Source: Podarcis gaigeae (taxonomy: Eukaryota). From it: DNA of 64,000 bases. Shown here piece after piece: positions 22,919 through 35,379 of this stretch; within the stretch, counting starts at the first letter, position 1; the number at the start of each line of letters is the position of its first letter. The translations under genes and the position numbers were made by a program. The stretch is from the NCBI GenBank assembly GCA_964106915.2, contig OZ066922.1. The stretch is one strand, 5' to 3'. The notes beneath the pieces were generated by a model. It had not been told where the DNA came from and searched no databases. It saw only the letters and a program-made list of their open reading frames with translations.

Positions 22919-23315
22919 TGTGATGGGATAATGAGCTGCTTGTGCGTAAAAGCTTGATCCCGCTGGGGTTTGGCCGGTCATCCAAACCCAGGCACTAACG
23001 GAGCCCCCAAAAGCATGACTCCGTCAGTCGCTGGTAGAATCTGACAGTGGGCGTCTACGGAACTTACGCCAACATAAAAGCTGTTTGACGGACATGCGCT
23101 TTCGTGACTCTCTGCGTGACAGTTTCCGGCGAAGGGAGGGAATTCCTAAAGGGGGTCTAGTTACCTCTTCACTATTCTCACTAGAAGCGTCTGAGAGCCT
23201 CCCCTCCGCTGTAACTCCTGCACTCCCCCTGCTGGTTCCTGCTTCTGCTGCAGAGTCTCTCCTACTCTGCTGGAGCCTGTCCAGCACCTCTAACTCCGAT
23301 GGCAGTTCCCTGACA
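22919..23315 (-). repeat. 5' LTR (397 bp)
   Basis: tgtgatggga...ccctgaca on the + strand; no mismatch to 17831-18227 found by eye; followed by the TSD cctat. Confidence 0.97.
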
Positions 23316-23600
23316 CCTATTCATAGCAAGAATTAAGAAATTATTCTGAGACATTTTTAATTATTTAGAACCGTCTGTGTTCATGCCAATTTAGCTCTCA
23401 AATAGCAGCTCCTACGTGAAGACATTACAGCAATCGACAATATGTTTGTGCAAATGTTTTGATATGTCCTCCCCTTTTCTTTCAGCAAGAGAGTTACCTG
23501 GAATGTGCGATTGCTTTTATGCCTTTCGTGCATAAAAACGATACCTTGGTGCACACACTATAATGGAGTGAAATTTTAAGCAAATAATGAGGCTCCAGTC

Positions 23601-24190
23601 ACATCCACTCCATACATTTAAAGTACTCTTGTATCATTTTAATGGTCATAGCTTCACTCAAAGAATTCTGGGAACTATAGTTTGTCACGGCTGTGGAGAA
23701 TTGTAGCTCTGTTAAGGGTCTTCTAACAACTCTCATCACCAGTTCCTAGCAAACTACAGTTCCTAGGATACTTTGGGGGAAGTCGTGACTGTTTTAAGCA
23801 TTATAAAGGTAAAGATAAAGGGACCCCTGACCATTAGGTCCAGTCGCGGACAACTCTGGGGTTGGGGCACTCATCTCGTTTATTGGCCAAGGGAGCTGGT
23901 GTACAGCTTCCGGGTCATGTGCCAGCATGACTAAGCATGGCGAACCAGAGCAGTGCACGGAAACACCGTTTACCTTCCCGCTGCAGCGGTACCTATTTAT
24001 CTACCTGCACTTTGATGTGCTTTCGAACTGCTAGGTTGGCAGGACCAGGGACCGAGCAATGGGAGCTCACCCCGTCGTGGGGATTCGAACCACCGACCTT
24101 CTGATCAGCAAGTCCTAGGCTCTGTGGTTTAACCCACAGCACCAACCATGTCCCGTTTAAGCATTATAAAAGTGCTTAAAGTATGTGGTT
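23601..24190. mobile_element. Old fold-back element interrupted by a Sauria SINE
   Basis: Left arm catacatttaaag..ctgggaactatagtttg is an imperfect inverted match to caaactacagttcctagg..[SINE]..gcttaaagtatg. Confidence 0.6.
23808..24154 (-). mobile_element. Sauria-type SINE, full length
   Basis: Reverse complement of the 6911 element; 15-bp TSD tttaagcattataaa (23793-23807, 24156-24170). Confidence 0.9.
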
Positions 24191-24487
24191 GGTTTGAAAA
24201 CAAACAAAACCTGTGCATTTTCTACAGCAACAGTTCAGAATGAAAGTTTCCTTCCTGAGACGTAAAATAGAAGTCTAGAAGGTGGTATGTCATATTCCCT
24301 TATACACTTGCTGTAGCTTGAGGCCAACAGAGGTTCTTATTTCTCTTCTCTACTGACTGCTGAAATCCCAATGCATGCCTGGAAACAGGTTGAAGTAGAA
24401 CCTGTCAAGGCAGGTCCTTAGCCAGAAATGTTGAGAGAGGGAGCTCAGAGCGGACTGGGAAGGGACATCCACGTTCTGCCGTTTCTG

Positions 24488-24830
24488 TATTTATTTAAAT
24501 TATTTATTAGCCCCTCTTCAGCCAAAGCTCTCAGAGTGGCTGGCAAAGATAAAACAATCACTCACAATAAATATCAACAATAAAACAAATCGCTACAGAG
24601 CATGTAAAATTTTAGCACAGAAATAAAAACAACTAAAAGGGCCTGGACAAATAAAAGTTTGTTTTCTTCTCAATGCCAGGAGAGGAAAAAGAAAGATAGT
24701 GTTGAGTGAACCTCCCAGGGTGCAATGGACTGAAAAGGCCCCATGTCTGGGCCCTGTCAGGTGCCTCATTTCAGGTGGAAGAGGAATCTCAATGTCTGGG
24801 CAGCTACATGGGAGAGTCAAATGTCAGCTT
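24488..24830 (-). mobile_element. Degenerate L2-like 3' end
   Basis: tatttattta tail followed by agctctcagagtggct motif. Confidence 0.45.
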
Positions 24831-24962
24831 CTGGCAATAGTCACAAAAATCAATATGAAGGAGCAAAAATTCCAGATACAAAGTGATCTAAATGTTCAGG
24901 TACAAACAGAATAATATTTCAGTAAAAATAACAAAGTTAGTACCTACCAATCTGAAGGACAA

Positions 24963-25145
24963 GGGACGTGGGTGGTGCTGTGGTCTAAACCACAGAGCCT
25001 AGGGCTTGCCGATTGAAAGGTCGGCAGTTTGAATCCCCACGACGGGGTGAGCTCCCATTGTTCAGTCCCTGCTCCTGCCGACCTAGCAGTTCAAAAGCAC
25101 ACCAGTGCAAGTAGATAAATAGGTACCACTCCGGCGGGAAGGTAA
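24963..25145 (+). mobile_element. Sauria-type SINE, 5' half only
   Basis: gggacgtgggtggtgctgtgg...gggaaggtaa, then similarity ends. Confidence 0.85.
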
Positions 25146-25311
25146 CAACAAAAAAGGCCAGTGACTTCCTAAACTGAAAATTCAAATGTGGAGCCTGGAA
25201 AAGCCTTTCCCCCTACAATTCCTCCCCTTGATACAGCTAGGTCTGGTGTCCCCAAAACAACAGCTCTCCTGGCCCTTATTCTGAGATTTAACTCCTTCCT
25301 AGGGTTGGGAG

Positions 25312-25644
25312 GGGACGCAGGTGGCGCTGTGGGTAAAAGCCTCAGTGCCTAGGACTTGCCGATCGAAAGGTCGGCGGTTCGAATCCCTGCGGCGGGGTGC
25401 GCTCCCGTCGTTCGGTCCCAGCGCCTGCCAACCTAGCAGTTCGAAAGCACCTCCGGGTGCAAGTAGATAAATAGGGACCGCTTACCAGCGGGAAGGTAAA
25501 TGGCTCGCCAGATGCAGCTTTGTCATGCTGGCCACGTGACCCGGAAGTGTCTCCGGACAGCGCTGGCCCCTGGCGCACCAGATGGGCGCACCAACCCCAG
25601 AGTCTGGCAAGACTGGCCCGTACGGGCAGGGGTACCTTTACCTT
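25312..25644 (+). mobile_element. Sauria-type SINE, CpG-rich variant subfamily
   Basis: A/B box head; tacctttaccttt tail; 12-bp TSD tagggttgggag. Confidence 0.9.
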
Positions 25645-25673
25645 TAGGGTTGGGAGAGAAATCCTTTTTCAAA

Positions 25674-25798
25674 GAATCATAGAACTTTAGAGTTGGAAGA
25701 GACCCTGAGGATCATCTAGTCCAACCCCCTGTAATGCAGGAATATGCAGCTGTCCCTTTGGGGCTCGAACCTTGGCATTATCAGCACATACTCTAACC
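25674..25798 (-). mobile_element. Short tRNA-head/CR1-tail SINE-like element, hit by the hAT MITE
   Basis: gaatcatagaa CR1 tail plus reverse B-box-like ctcgaacc and ctctaacc. Confidence 0.55.
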
Positions 25799-25934
25799 CA
25801 GACATAGGCAAACTCGACCCTCTAGATGTTTTGGGGCTACAACTCCCATGATCCCCAGCTAACAGGACCAGTGGTCAGGGATGATGGGAGTTGTAGTCCC
25901 AAAACATCTGGAGGGCCAAGTTTGCCTATGCCTG
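25799..25934. mobile_element. Palindromic hAT MITE (136 bp)
   Basis: Whole element folds back; 8-bp TSD ctctaacc. Confidence 0.9.
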
Positions 25935-26696
25935 CTCTAACCCTTTGGGTCACCTTTAAAGGTGAATCTACCTAATTCTCACTTTCTGAAACACTATGAA
26001 AACCGAACTATAGCCATTATTGTAACAATAATGGGTGACAGCATCTTAGCACATTATTTTTTTTAACTTGTAGTCTAGCACTTTCTTGACACATTCTTGT
26101 GAAAGGCACCGGCTTAGTCACTGTCCAGACAACTGCTTAATGAATAGTGTCATCCTAAAGCTCTTCTGTAGTTTTGTACGATCAGACTGCGATGAAGGGT
26201 GCAATGCACTGCGTCTCCTGACAGCCACTGCTCAGCAATAATCCTTGGATCCACAGCTGGAGAGGACAAACACATTGCAGAACTAACAGCTGGACTCTAG
26301 TATTCAAAACACCATATACAGGTCCAGGGTGCAGTTTATCCTGGTGGTGTGGCTGTCATGGGAACCCTGATTGTATCCACCATGAACAGGTAAAGTGAGA
26401 AAACCTGGACCACAGATGAACCCTTCTTGAGCATTACTCATGTGAAGTGGGCAAGCATGGTGAACTGAACAGGAGGAAGGGGGACTAATGTGGAAGGAGC
26501 TCCTATGTGCTCTGGAGGTTGTCATGTTACTGCTGAAGTTACTGCGGCAGGATCAGTGCTGAGGTGGCTCCCACACTGCCTATATAGTGGCACTACTGGC
26601 CCATAATCTGTGGCTGGAACTGAAATATTTATGGGTGTAGCACCATAGCACAGAGAAGCTTTGTCCATCCTAAATTTGCCTTAACAACTGGCAATA

Positions 26697-26922
26697 CAGT
26701 GGTATCTTGGGTTAAGAACTTAATTCGTTCTCGAGGTCCGTTCTTAACCTGAAACTGTTCTTAACCTGAGGTACCACTTTAGCTAATGGGGTCTCCTCCT
26801 GCTGCTGCACTGCTGCCGCACGATTTCTGTTCTCATCCTGAAGCAAAGTTCTTAACCCGAGGTACTATTTCTGGGTTAGCGGAGTCTGTAACCTGAAGCG
26901 TCTGTAACTCGAGGTACCACTG
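26697..26922 (+). mobile_element. Tc1/mariner MITE, family A
   Basis: Same TIRs and body; TA TSD. Confidence 0.9.
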
Positions 26923-27822
26923 TACCATTTTCTACATGGAGTCTAAATCCAATAGTCTTGCCCAGTGTTTTATGTCGCCTAGAGGACATGGTGAATCGGC
27001 ACAGAATAAATGCAATTTAAATAAATAAGCAAATGCATTCTTGACAGCTTTCAAAAGCATCTCAAAAAAGCCTAAATTCACCTCAGAATTCTCTCTTCAA
27101 AAGCCTAGTCTAAATATTATATTGCCGTAACAGATTGTTAGAGTACTGCATGAGACATGCTAGACAGCTCTATTACATTATTAATTGTCAAAGCTGACAA
27201 GAGCAGCCCTGTCAGAAATACTAAAAAATCATATTACTGAACTAAAATAATTTGACACAAGGAACTAACATTATTTTTTCTTTAAAAAGGCGGCACAATC
27301 TAGCACAACTTTGCATGTTTCATATCTGCAATGTATTTTGGAAAGTTCTGATCACTCTGCATTTGGACACTTCTTAAGTTATTGTATCCAAATATTGCAC
27401 GACTGGGTCCTTTGATCTCTTATGCTTGGCGTCATTTCCTCCCATACTACCTCACAGGGTTATTGTGGGGATTAAATATACACCATGTACACCACCTTGA
27501 GCTTCTTGGAGAAGAGGTGGGATATAAATGCATTAAGTAAATAAATAATACAATATAATACAATTGGATGCCGTTTTGCACCAGTGATTTTACCCACTGA
27601 TTTTCAAAACTGCACTTCTTTTTCTTTCTTGGAATTCCTGAGCAAGGGTCAACATGCAGCTGCTAGTTCTTTGCATTTTCGTTTAAGTTAGAGTCTGATC
27701 TAATGTTCCTGTGGTTGTTTCAGTCTCTAGGTCTGAAATGCTTAAATACTTCCTTGTGTAAAAAAATATATTCTCTGCAGCTTGGGAGATGGCTAGCCTA
27801 GAAGGGTTACCTTGACATACTA

Positions 27823-28050
27823 CAGTTGTACCTCTGGTTACAAACACCTCGGGTTACAAACACTCCGCTAACCTGGAAGTAGTACCTCGGGTTAAGAACT
27901 TTGCTTCAGGGTGAGAACAGAAATCGTGCAGCGGCCGCATGGCGGCAGCAAGAGGCCCCATTAGCTAAAGTGGTACCTCAGGTTAAGAATGGTTTCAGGT
28001 TAAGAACGGACCTCTGGAAAGAATTAAATTCGTAACCAGATGTACCACTG
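27823..28050 (-). mobile_element. Tc1/mariner MITE, family A
   Basis: Inverted copy; TA TSD. Confidence 0.88.
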
Positions 28051-30866
28051 TACTTTGGTTGTGTAGGACATATTGTATTCAGATTTCAATATCCCATCAG
28101 AAGCTTGAATAGTTGCAGTTCAGAAACAAATTTATCAGGTGTAGCTGCTGATCAGGTATAGCTACTTAAACTTATAATTGCTCTGATCAAGCTATAGTGG
28201 TACCAGATGAACATGATGCATGTGATTAGTAACATGCAAGAGTGACCAGTATGTGGCATATGCATCTCCACACTTCCAATGCGCAGCACAAATAGCCATG
28301 GGCATATCTGACTTAAACGTACAGAAAACCTGCTACACATAGACTAAGTAAAGAATATTTTCTGCAATGTTTCTGAATGAATTTGACAGGTAGCTAGTAT
28401 AGCTTTTAACCTCCTAAAGGGTACATCTGATTCCATTTTTGGTAAGAGTAATTTATTTCTATCTAGAACATTTTATAATACGAGATAAGGAGTGTTTGGG
28501 GCTATGCTTTGGAAAGTTTAACTATCTCTTCTGCGTTACAGCTTGATTTCCCACCAGCACAATTATATGCATGTCTACTCAGGCACAAGTCCCATTGAAC
28601 AATCCTATACATCTCTATTCAGAAGAAAGAAGTAATTCCCATTAAGACTGGGTTCAGATAAGTAAGTATAGGAGTGAAGTATTACTATGATAAATTTAAA
28701 TGGCATTAAGGAAACATACAATGGTATATATTCTTAAAAGGAAGTGGCCATTCATTCATCCTAATCCATGAATTTAAGTGCATTCCATATATTGCATTTA
28801 AAGATTACTTGTTCTGTGCTAAATCTATTTCAGGAAATATACATTAACCTAAACTTGTTTCCCTTTCTCTCTCTCACAATTATATATATGCTAATGAAAA
28901 TACCCAGTTACCAAGGTTAACAAATTATTGCCTCATTAAATCTTCTGGGACAATTCATTCGGTCAAGAAGGCCAAGAAAGAGATTAATGATTTTACCTTT
29001 GATGCAAACAGGCTATAACAGGAAAACAAAACAGAATATTTCCTTCCCTTAGTAACATATTTAAGTTTTGTAAAAAGAAAGTAAAAGAGAAATCCACATC
29101 TCCCCACCACACACTTGAACAGCAGATTTTCATGCTGTATCACAAACTCTGCCACTATCCGTTTCAAAATCATTTACGAGAAGCTGTTGTTTAAGAAATA
29201 AAAGCCCAGAACTGTTTCGGGTGTGTAGAATTATTTGTGTACTTCTTTCAATCTTGGTTTTATCCTGTATCCTTTCAGGGTCAGTTAGCACCAAGATGTA
29301 TCACTTTTTGTTTGTTTAGATGTGACTAGTTTTTACTGAAAGCATTAGAGATAGTTAAAGCCAATTAAATTTGGATTTTCCACCCATCACCATTCAAGGA
29401 ATCTGCATAATTAGCAACAAAACAAAACAAAACCCTTCTACATCTCACACATCAGGAGGCTTGAGATGTTGCACTTTTGCTACCATTTCATGTGCAACTT
29501 CTATAATACTGATGTGCTAATAGCACACTTTCAGTGCGATGTGCATTTAAAAAATCTTGCATGCTAAAATGCAAAACCAAAACCCACAAACTAATTAAAA
29601 CAAGCAAAGCTTTACATTCATTTACATTAGAATGTCAAGCAAAGTTGGTTGCATTTTTAAAAAAGGCTTTCCTACAATACAATAGCTGTGCCGTTAGCTG
29701 ACATATCATCAGGTAATAAATGCACTATATACAACACTTTAAGAAATGGGTTATAAAGTATATACACCACATCATATAGACTAGGGGTTGTCAACCTGGT
29801 CCCTACCGCCCACTAGTGGGCATTTCAGGATTCTAGGTGGGTGGTAGGGTGTTCTACAGCACAAGCTGAATCCTCCTTCCATCGAGTGCTGGTAAGGAAA
29901 TTTTACCATCAAGAAAGATGCATTAGTGGACTGTACAATCTGTAAACGCGGCTAACCATTACATGTTCATCATTACGAGGTAGGGAAACAGGGAAGCTCA
30001 CAAATGACCACGGAATAACATATTAGAAAGACTAAATCCCAAATCATGTCAAGCATATTGATTCTGCATCAGGGCATTTTTGTGTAGAATGAAATTTTAA
30101 TCAAATGAAGATAAGAAGATACACACTGCTTTTTTTCTATATGCATACCCTGTTCTCTCAATCCTATTAAGTTTTGTTATGTGCGACTCAAGTCGGTTTT
30201 ATAAACGCTACTGAGTTTCTCTCTGTGATGACATACAACTGCATGGCGAAAAGTCAGTGTGAACACGACTGCCTGCACAGTGACCTGGTAGTCATTTTCA
30301 TGACTGCACTTCTGGTCAAGGAAGAGAGATATGTGTATGGCCTGCATGATTTACACTGACTTCAGATGTGATTACACAGAAAAATTGAATAGTGTGAACT
30401 GGCCCATGCAGTGAGGAGTCAGCATTTGGAAATAATTGATATAAGAAAACTGCAGTATTTGACAGTGACAGCTGACAATACAGCAAGAATCAACATTTGT
30501 TGGCATCTAACAGCTGCCATCTGACATTAAATGAGAACATTTTTTTTTCCTGTGCCAGTTTTATTCATTAAACCAATGAGTATCTGTCTTTCAAAATAAG
30601 ATCTTGAAATAAGAATCTGAATGTCAAATCTCAAGGTCAAATTTCATTTTCAAAATCAGAAATCAAAGCTTCATCCAAGTTTCATTTCCTCCCACAATTC
30701 TGTTTTGCATGTATACTGGATTAATATATTCAAAGCATGCTGAACATAGTGAGTGGACATGCCCCTAAGCCTGTGGTTTGGGGGAGCCTTTTTTAATGGG
30801 TAAGTTAATGTTTCTGGCCTGTTAGTAGACCCAGCTGAAGAAACATACACAGAGACTCCAGTTCAG

Positions 30867-30867
<1 letters not shown>

Positions 30868-30907
<40 letters not shown>
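30868..30907. repeat. (GT)n microsatellite
   Basis: Direct reading. Confidence 0.95.
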
Positions 30908-30909
<2 letters not shown>

Positions 30910-33900
30910 GCTGTCAAATAAAATGCTTGCTATTGTGCTTGTCGGCTATTTGGTACAGAAGACTAAGTCAGTCCCTGCTCCTTCTCCCAAACAACAGATG
31001 GAAGCCAAACTCTATAGAGGTACACAGAGGAATAGTCCTATTTGCACCCATGATTTGCCATTTAGCTAGCAATATGCAGTTAGCTTGGCTTCTATGCACA
31101 TATAACCTCTAACTAGGCTTGGGCAAGAGATTTTACACCTTGGGACACAGGAGCCAACTACTACGGGCCAAGGTCCCTTCAGCTTCCCTCCAAGAAATGT
31201 TTGAGGGGGTTGTGCCTCCCCAAAGTTCATGAACACTGCCATTCAAATGTCGTGTGTGTGTCATGTCACGTGATCAATTATGTCGGGCGAGGCTTGCCTG
31301 GGCCACTCCAATATTTTATACAAGTTGGCACCCCCGCTGGGTTAATATACAACGTTGGAGGGAATGAAGAGCAAAATGAAAACTGCCCAAGGAATTATCA
31401 AATGGAGAGAGAAGGGAAGTTTATCGTCAGTAGCCAATTTACGAGCACTAAACCATGACTTTAGATAAATGATAAGATGCATTTGACTGAAGCCAAATCA
31501 ATACACCAGCAGGCGAAACAAATAATTGGATGTGCCAGTAAAATCATCCCAGGAAGCATCTAAGTTAACTATGGAACTTGTTAACCATGTTTTAGTATCA
31601 TGGACCCACTGGCTCTCTGTCTCCCAATCTCATCCTCATTAACTACCATTCCCTTCTTCTACTTTTCTGGAACTGTCATCTCTTCTCTTAGAAAGCAGTC
31701 ATCTGCTGTGATCTCCCCCACCCCATGATCTTCCACTCACTTTCACCTACTTGGTTGTATTGAAACCTACCCCCTTCTGACTGGCTTTGCACTGCTGTCC
31801 TCTTCTTTGAACGTTTTTCCACATTTCACCTTGAAGACTGCAGTGGTTGGGCCTTCTCCTTCACAAATTCTGGCAGTTCTGGGCCCTGTTCAATAACCCT
31901 ATCCTACCATTTCTCAACTTCTCAAGAAGAAAAGGCAGAGCTAGTCTAAGGCCAGCCCAAGACATTTAGCTGCACAAGGCAAAGAAGAAGAGGATATTTC
32001 TTCCATAACATGTATAAAAAACAGCCAGACTATTTCAATTCTGGTGATGGGATGGAGTTCTCCACCTACAGGTGGCAGCAGACTAGTTTAGGAGGAACAA
32101 GGCAGGATATGTGGCTCAAACAGCCCTGTCCACTCTCTGTCTGGAGCAGTTGCCTCCCTTTGCCTAATGCTTGGGCTGGAGATTGTTGGAATAAATATTA
32201 TTAGAACAATATTTTTCACTTATATTTTTCATTTTGAAGAAGCAATCAGCAGGTTCATTTGATTTATTTTCTCCTTATCATGCATCTGTTCTTCACAGAT
32301 GCCTCTGAACAGATTTTGTCAACAAAATATTTTGGTTTCAGAAGGTAAATAACAGTGCGACAGAATCATCCCCCTATTATGACAGCACCATTAGCAACAT
32401 GTAAGGCGTTTGAAGTTCTGAAGCTCACAGGTTCTGGTTTAAAAGCAAGCAAACAAAAGCATTTCTCAATTGCTATAATCCAAATAGCTTGCAATTCTAC
32501 AAAGCATAGACCCCTGAAATAATTGAGGCTATATACAAGTGTTAATTAGGATAGTGATCTCATATAAATGATTTTGGTATGCTCACACAAGCTTAGAAAA
32601 AGGTTAAGAGCAACAAAACTCCTTGTTACTCTCCAAGCAATAGAACTGCAAGAAACAAACCACAGTGCTCATCTCCAAACTAGTAATTTGTTCTGTGTGC
32701 CGTGGAAGAACTCTGGTGCACCTGAAAGACTAAAAAGCCTGTTCTAAGAATTAGAACTCCCTTTCTTGTTTCCCAGGCTTCAGGTCGGGCATTTGCAATA
32801 CTCCATACACTTGCAGGCTATAGTTGCTATATAATTTTCTCTTTATGAAGGAACAGGTTTGATGAATTTGAAGATGAAAATGGTTACCTGGGCAAAAGTG
32901 ATACAAAGAGCATCCATGTCGCTCCCTGTTTTGTTTTTTACATTGTTAGCTTCATAGTCAGCAAACTCAGAAAAATGAAGTCTTAAAAGAATCGATCCCC
33001 TGATGCAGGCTTTACAGAAGGCAGCATTCTCACAATTCAACCCACATTTACTGAGAAGCCAACCTACTCTCAGGACCATAGGCGCCAACTCTATGGCTCC
33101 CTGGTCTCTCCCTTCCCCAATAAAATATTTAGGGGGCCACGCCCATTATCTTCTGCAAGCTGACCCTTCTCTCCCTTCCTTCCTTGGGCAGACACCTCTC
33201 CACCAGCTGTGCATCACTCTCTTTTCCTAGCTTACCTTCCAGATTTTGGCACTATTTCCAAGTGTGTCTGAGCTGGGGCAGCTGGGGATAAGCAGACAGG
33301 TAGGCAGGCTGGTAGGAGAGGTGACCAGGTGAGCGGAAGAGGGGTAAGGGATGCCTATGCCCAGTTGAACATGGAGGAGGAAGGTGCACTCCACAGAAAT
33401 GTGGGGGCATGGGTGGGGAAAGAAGTGCAGGCATAGAGTGACCCCCATCCAATATTTTGTTCAAGCTGGTTCAAGTTTTGTTCAGGTCCATCCTGGGAAC
33501 GAGAAATTTTAGGTATATTCTGCAACTCAGGGACCCCAGCAATTGGGAATCAGTGCTGAGTTTTGAATTGAAAATTCATGGTTGTTAATAGGAAGAAGCT
33601 ATGTTTCTCTTTGACTAGCATTAGTACTTCTATCACAATAAGCCATGCACCAGGAGTGCTGGAAAATATAGTTTCTTTCAGTGCTTATCTTGAAACTGAA
33701 GGCTGGGGAGTGGCTTGTGGGTGACTATGCAATTGGAAAGGGAGCTTACAGGTACATTTGGTTGCTAGTGAGATCAGAATCTATTTAACTCTGATTAGCT
33801 AGGAATAAAGTACACTATACAGAATCATATAATTGTATGTATACATGCATATAAACATACACTTACAAGTATGTGTGCAAAACAGCTCATGTTATTCTGA

Positions 33901-35379
33901 CTCAGCCCAAGGAACCAGAGGCAGGGATGAGGGGTGCCGCTCATCACTAGGATTTAAAAAGAAGTTTGCCCCAGTGTGTGAAAAGGTGCTTACTTAAGCC
34001 ACACTAGCACTCTCGGAATTTCTTTTCCATTCTTTATTTTAGTCATTTGGGAGACGTCTGCAAAGCATTCTTAAAAGATTCATAGCAGAGATGAGATTGA
34101 AGCAGACTTGTGCTTGGAAACTGCATTAATTTTCTTCACAATACATTTATTACATTCTGCTTCCTTGATCAGAATCAGTTGTCACCCTACCCTCAGCTGC
34201 CCTCAGACTTTCTCTCTTTCTTTCCTTTAAAAAGTGGTTCTGGGGGCAGGAGCAGGGCTAGCCCACTCATTAGCCTTGGTGAGGCAGTTGCCTCAGGCTG
34301 CAGGCTGGGTACAACTGGGAGGGGCGGCAGATCCAGGACCCTGAGGAAAATGCTGTTTGCCCCCTCTTGCACTTGCCAGCCACTGGGAAGAGCAGGGGCG
34401 GCACTGTCGCTGCCTGCTTTTCTCCAACCTCTTTTTTTCTTCCCCATCGCCTTCAGAGCACTGGACTGAAGAGGTTTAAAAAGTCACTTGTATAGGTTCC
34501 TGCACTTCAGACTTTCTCCAGTGTCAGCACTTTACCAGATCTTTCTGCTGATAATGCAATTGTTGTTTCCCCCCTTAGAAATCAATACATGAGACATTTT
34601 CAGAAGATCTTCTCTTATCAGATCTATAGATTGCTCCAGAAATCATTTGCTCTATAGCTTATGCAATATTTTTTTCTAGACACCACATGCTCTCAAATAA
34701 AGGACAGCAAAGTCAAAACTGAAACAAAGATAAAAAAAAAAAAACCAACAACAAAAAACCACCAAAGCAAAATTCAACTAATGCATCATTTTGACACATT
34801 TGTTGTTTAGCCAATGGTGCACATTCTGCTATTCTGATAATAAATGTATACTGTATTGCAGGTTTAATGAATGCTCCAGGCTACTGCAATTGTTAATATA
34901 CTTCTGTGGAACATTCCTGTGCCAAGGCAGCATCACAGAGTTGTCTATTTAAAGTAGCTGAGAAGAAATTTGAATGGGGAAAAAATTTAATTTGAGTGCA
35001 GCTGTCTCAATGAAGCTTTTGCAGAGCATCAATAGAGAGCTGCAGGGAACGTGGCAAGTGAAGAGTGGCAACTGCTGGGTCAGTCAATTAAAGTGGCGGC
35101 ACTGATAGGGACTTCTTTTAGATGTCAAACTCGGTATAATGATGTATGGGAAACACTTGATTCCTTCTTAGTTGCTCTAGCTGCAGAATTGAGAAGCAGC
35201 CCTTGATTAAAAGACTTAATTCAAGGCGTGACAGAAGCTTTGCTAAGTATTGTATTCTCTGACTCAGAGAAGGCTGAAATTCCTCATGGAAACAGGATAG
35301 CAAAGTCATTTGTTATATAGGGAGCTGTCGCAGCATCACACCTTTCTTCACTGCCCAGATCGTGTGAGAAGCCCTAGGT

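Larger units (their letters stand above)
17831..23315 (-). mobile_element. Full-length Ty3/Gypsy LTR retrotransposon, chromovirus, Tf1/Sushi-like; intact and very recent
   Basis: Two 397-bp direct repeats with TG...CA ends. CCTAT TSD at 17826-17830 and 23316-23320. gag followed by pol with PR-RT-RH-IN-chromodomain order and no premature stops. Confidence 0.98.

Noticed and set aside
17997-22923. Plus-strand ORFs of 170, 187 and 214 aa within the retrotransposon
   Set aside because: Antisense shadows of the purine-rich gag/pol; mostly non-ATG starts and no recognisable domains.
23024-23287. 87-aa ORF in the 5' LTR
   Set aside because: It is the LTR copy of the Pol tail, with a non-ATG start, largely upstream of the predicted TSS.
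28955-29215. Possible terminal exon on the minus strand (pyrimidine tract + CAG; RIVAEFVIQHENLLF resembles a RhoGAP-like end)
   Set aside because: Too short, no partner exons found, and the frames give conflicting readings.
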